From an uncultured Actinomycetes bacterium (lineage in GTDB: Bacteria; Actinomycetota; Thermoleophilia; Gaiellales; Gaiellaceae): DNA of 64,000 nt. Under the pieces are notes generated by a model. It was not told the origin of the DNA. It did not search any database and saw only the letters and a program-made list of their open reading frames with translations. Location of the stretch: contig CAVSKK010000002.1 in assembly GCA_963728535.1 (NCBI GenBank), positions 7,390 through 71,389 on the forward strand, written 5' to 3'. The position numbers and the translations under genes are program-made. Shown here piece by piece: positions 63,088 through 64,000 of this stretch (position 1 is its first letter; each line of letters opens with the position of its first letter).

Positions 63088-64000
63088 ATGGCGGGCTGGA
63101 CGGAACCCCTTTGGCTCGCGGAGGCTCACGAGTGGATCGGCGAGCAACTGGCGCGTCTCGGTGCTGCTCCCGCAGGCGTGATCGATCAGCTCCACGTTCG
63201 GGCCTGGTCGACGGTCATGCGCGTGCCGACCGATCGAGGCGATCTGTACTTCAAGGCAAACACTCCTCTGCTTCAGCACGAAGCCGCGCTCGTCACGATT
63301 CTCGCCGCTCGCCGCCCCGACTGCGTGCCGCCGTTGCTGGCCGTCGACCTCGAGCGGGGGTGGATGCTCATGGCAGATGCAGGCACGCGGCTGCGCGAGT
63401 TTGTCGAGCAGGAGCGAGACCTGGGCTGCTGGCTCGAGATCCTCCCGCTTTATGCCAGCCTGCAGATCGAGCTGGCAGACCAGGCCGACGAAATGGTCGC
63501 AGCAGGCGTCCCCGATCTCCGCCTCTCGAGGCTCCCACTGCTGTACGAAGACATGCTCGAGAGCCTCGTCGAACTGCCGCTGGACGACCGCCGGCGCCTC
63601 GAAGCAAAGGTGCCTCGCGTGCGCGAGCTGTGTCAGGAGCTGGCCGGCTATGGCGTGCCGGAAACGATTCAGCACGACGATTTCCACGACGGCCAGGTCT
63701 TCGTCCGCGACGGTCGCTACCTCGTGCTTGACTGGGGAGATGCATGCGTCTCCCACCCGTTCTTCACGCTGTCCGTCACGCTGGAGGGCCAGCTGGCCTG
63801 GGGGCTCGACGACGTGGAGGGCTCGGTCGAGGTAGGGCCGTTCCGCGAGGCGTACCTGGCTCCGTTCGCTCCGATCGCCGAGAGCGCCGACCTCGAGGCC
63901 GCCTCCGAGACCGCAATGCGCCTCGGTTGGGTCTGCCGCGCCGCCAACGCGCACCTGACAGGCGCGGAAGCCGCCGATACCCACGTGCGCCTACGCATGT
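63088..64000 (+). CDS. aminoglycoside/choline-kinase-type phosphotransferase (APH family), 3'-truncated by the window edge
   Basis: Not in the ORF track because there is no stop inside the window. My translation gives ...DLYFKANTPLLQHEAALV...IQHDDFHDGQVFVRDGRYLVLDWGDACVSHPFF (Brenner HxDxxxxN-like motif and DWGD). Start is ATG 63064 or ATG 63088. Confidence 0.8.
   Translation, partial: MAGWTEPLWLAEAHEWIGEQLARLGAAPAGVIDQLHVRAWSTVMRVPTDRGDLYFKANTPLLQHEAALVTILAARRPDCVPPLLAVDLERGWMLMADAGTRLREFVEQERDLGCWLEILPLYASLQIELADQADEMVAAGVPDLRLSRLPLLYEDMLESLVELPLDDRRRLEAKVPRVRELCQELAGYGVPETIQHDDFHDGQVFVRDGRYLVLDWGDACVSHPFFTLSVTLEGQLAWGLDDVEGSVEVGPFREAYLAPFAPIAESADLEAASETAMRLGWVCRAANAHLTGAEAADTHVRLRM

Noticed and set aside
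63079-63984. 301-aa minus-strand ORF at the right edge
   Set aside because: It is the antisense shadow of the plus-strand APH-family gene, which has clear kinase motifs. The minus translation is Arg/Leu-rich with no motifs.

Overview
This is a high-GC, Actinomycetota-like chromosomal window. The taxon is an inference from gene order and composition. I read it by hand from the sequence and the ORF track, so start codons are often approximate. The backbone is the conserved housekeeping block tig-clpP-clpX-valS-folC-ndk ... mreBCD-mrdA-rodA ... rne ... rplU-rpmA-obg-nadD ... rsfS, followed by sucA and mixed metabolic and regulatory genes. There are four tRNA genes: Arg-UCG, His-GUG, Leu-UAG and Ala-GGC. 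Accessory material interrupts the backbone. (1) A tyrosine integrase abuts the 3' end of tRNA-Arg at the left edge; the rest of that island lies outside the window. (2) A REP-associated tyrosine transposase (RAYT) is bracketed by inverted hairpin repeats between maf and mreB. (3) A visibly lower-GC accessory stretch at about 22.3-27.3 kb holds three things: a one-gene cassette flanked by 29-bp imperfect direct repeats, an M23 peptidase fused to about 21 prolines and near-identical 147-bp FG-GAP-like repeats, and a compact OLD/PARIS-like ABC-ATPase plus Toprim nuclease pair split across two frames. That pair is the best candidate for a defence-type system here. It belongs to a known family but has an unusual split or frameshifted architecture. 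(4) A four-gene insertion lies between rne and rplU. (5) A mazEF-like toxin-antitoxin pair lies between nadD and an inverted rsfS. (6) A PD-(D/E)XK nuclease ORF runs into tRNA-Ala. (7) A WxL-like surface-protein pair includes a large gene that reads coherently only across four successive +1 frame shifts. No CRISPR array, rRNA or recognisable riboswitch was found. An APH-type phosphotransferase gene at the right edge is missing from the ORF track because it runs off the window. All family assignments come from motif recognition, not from database searches.
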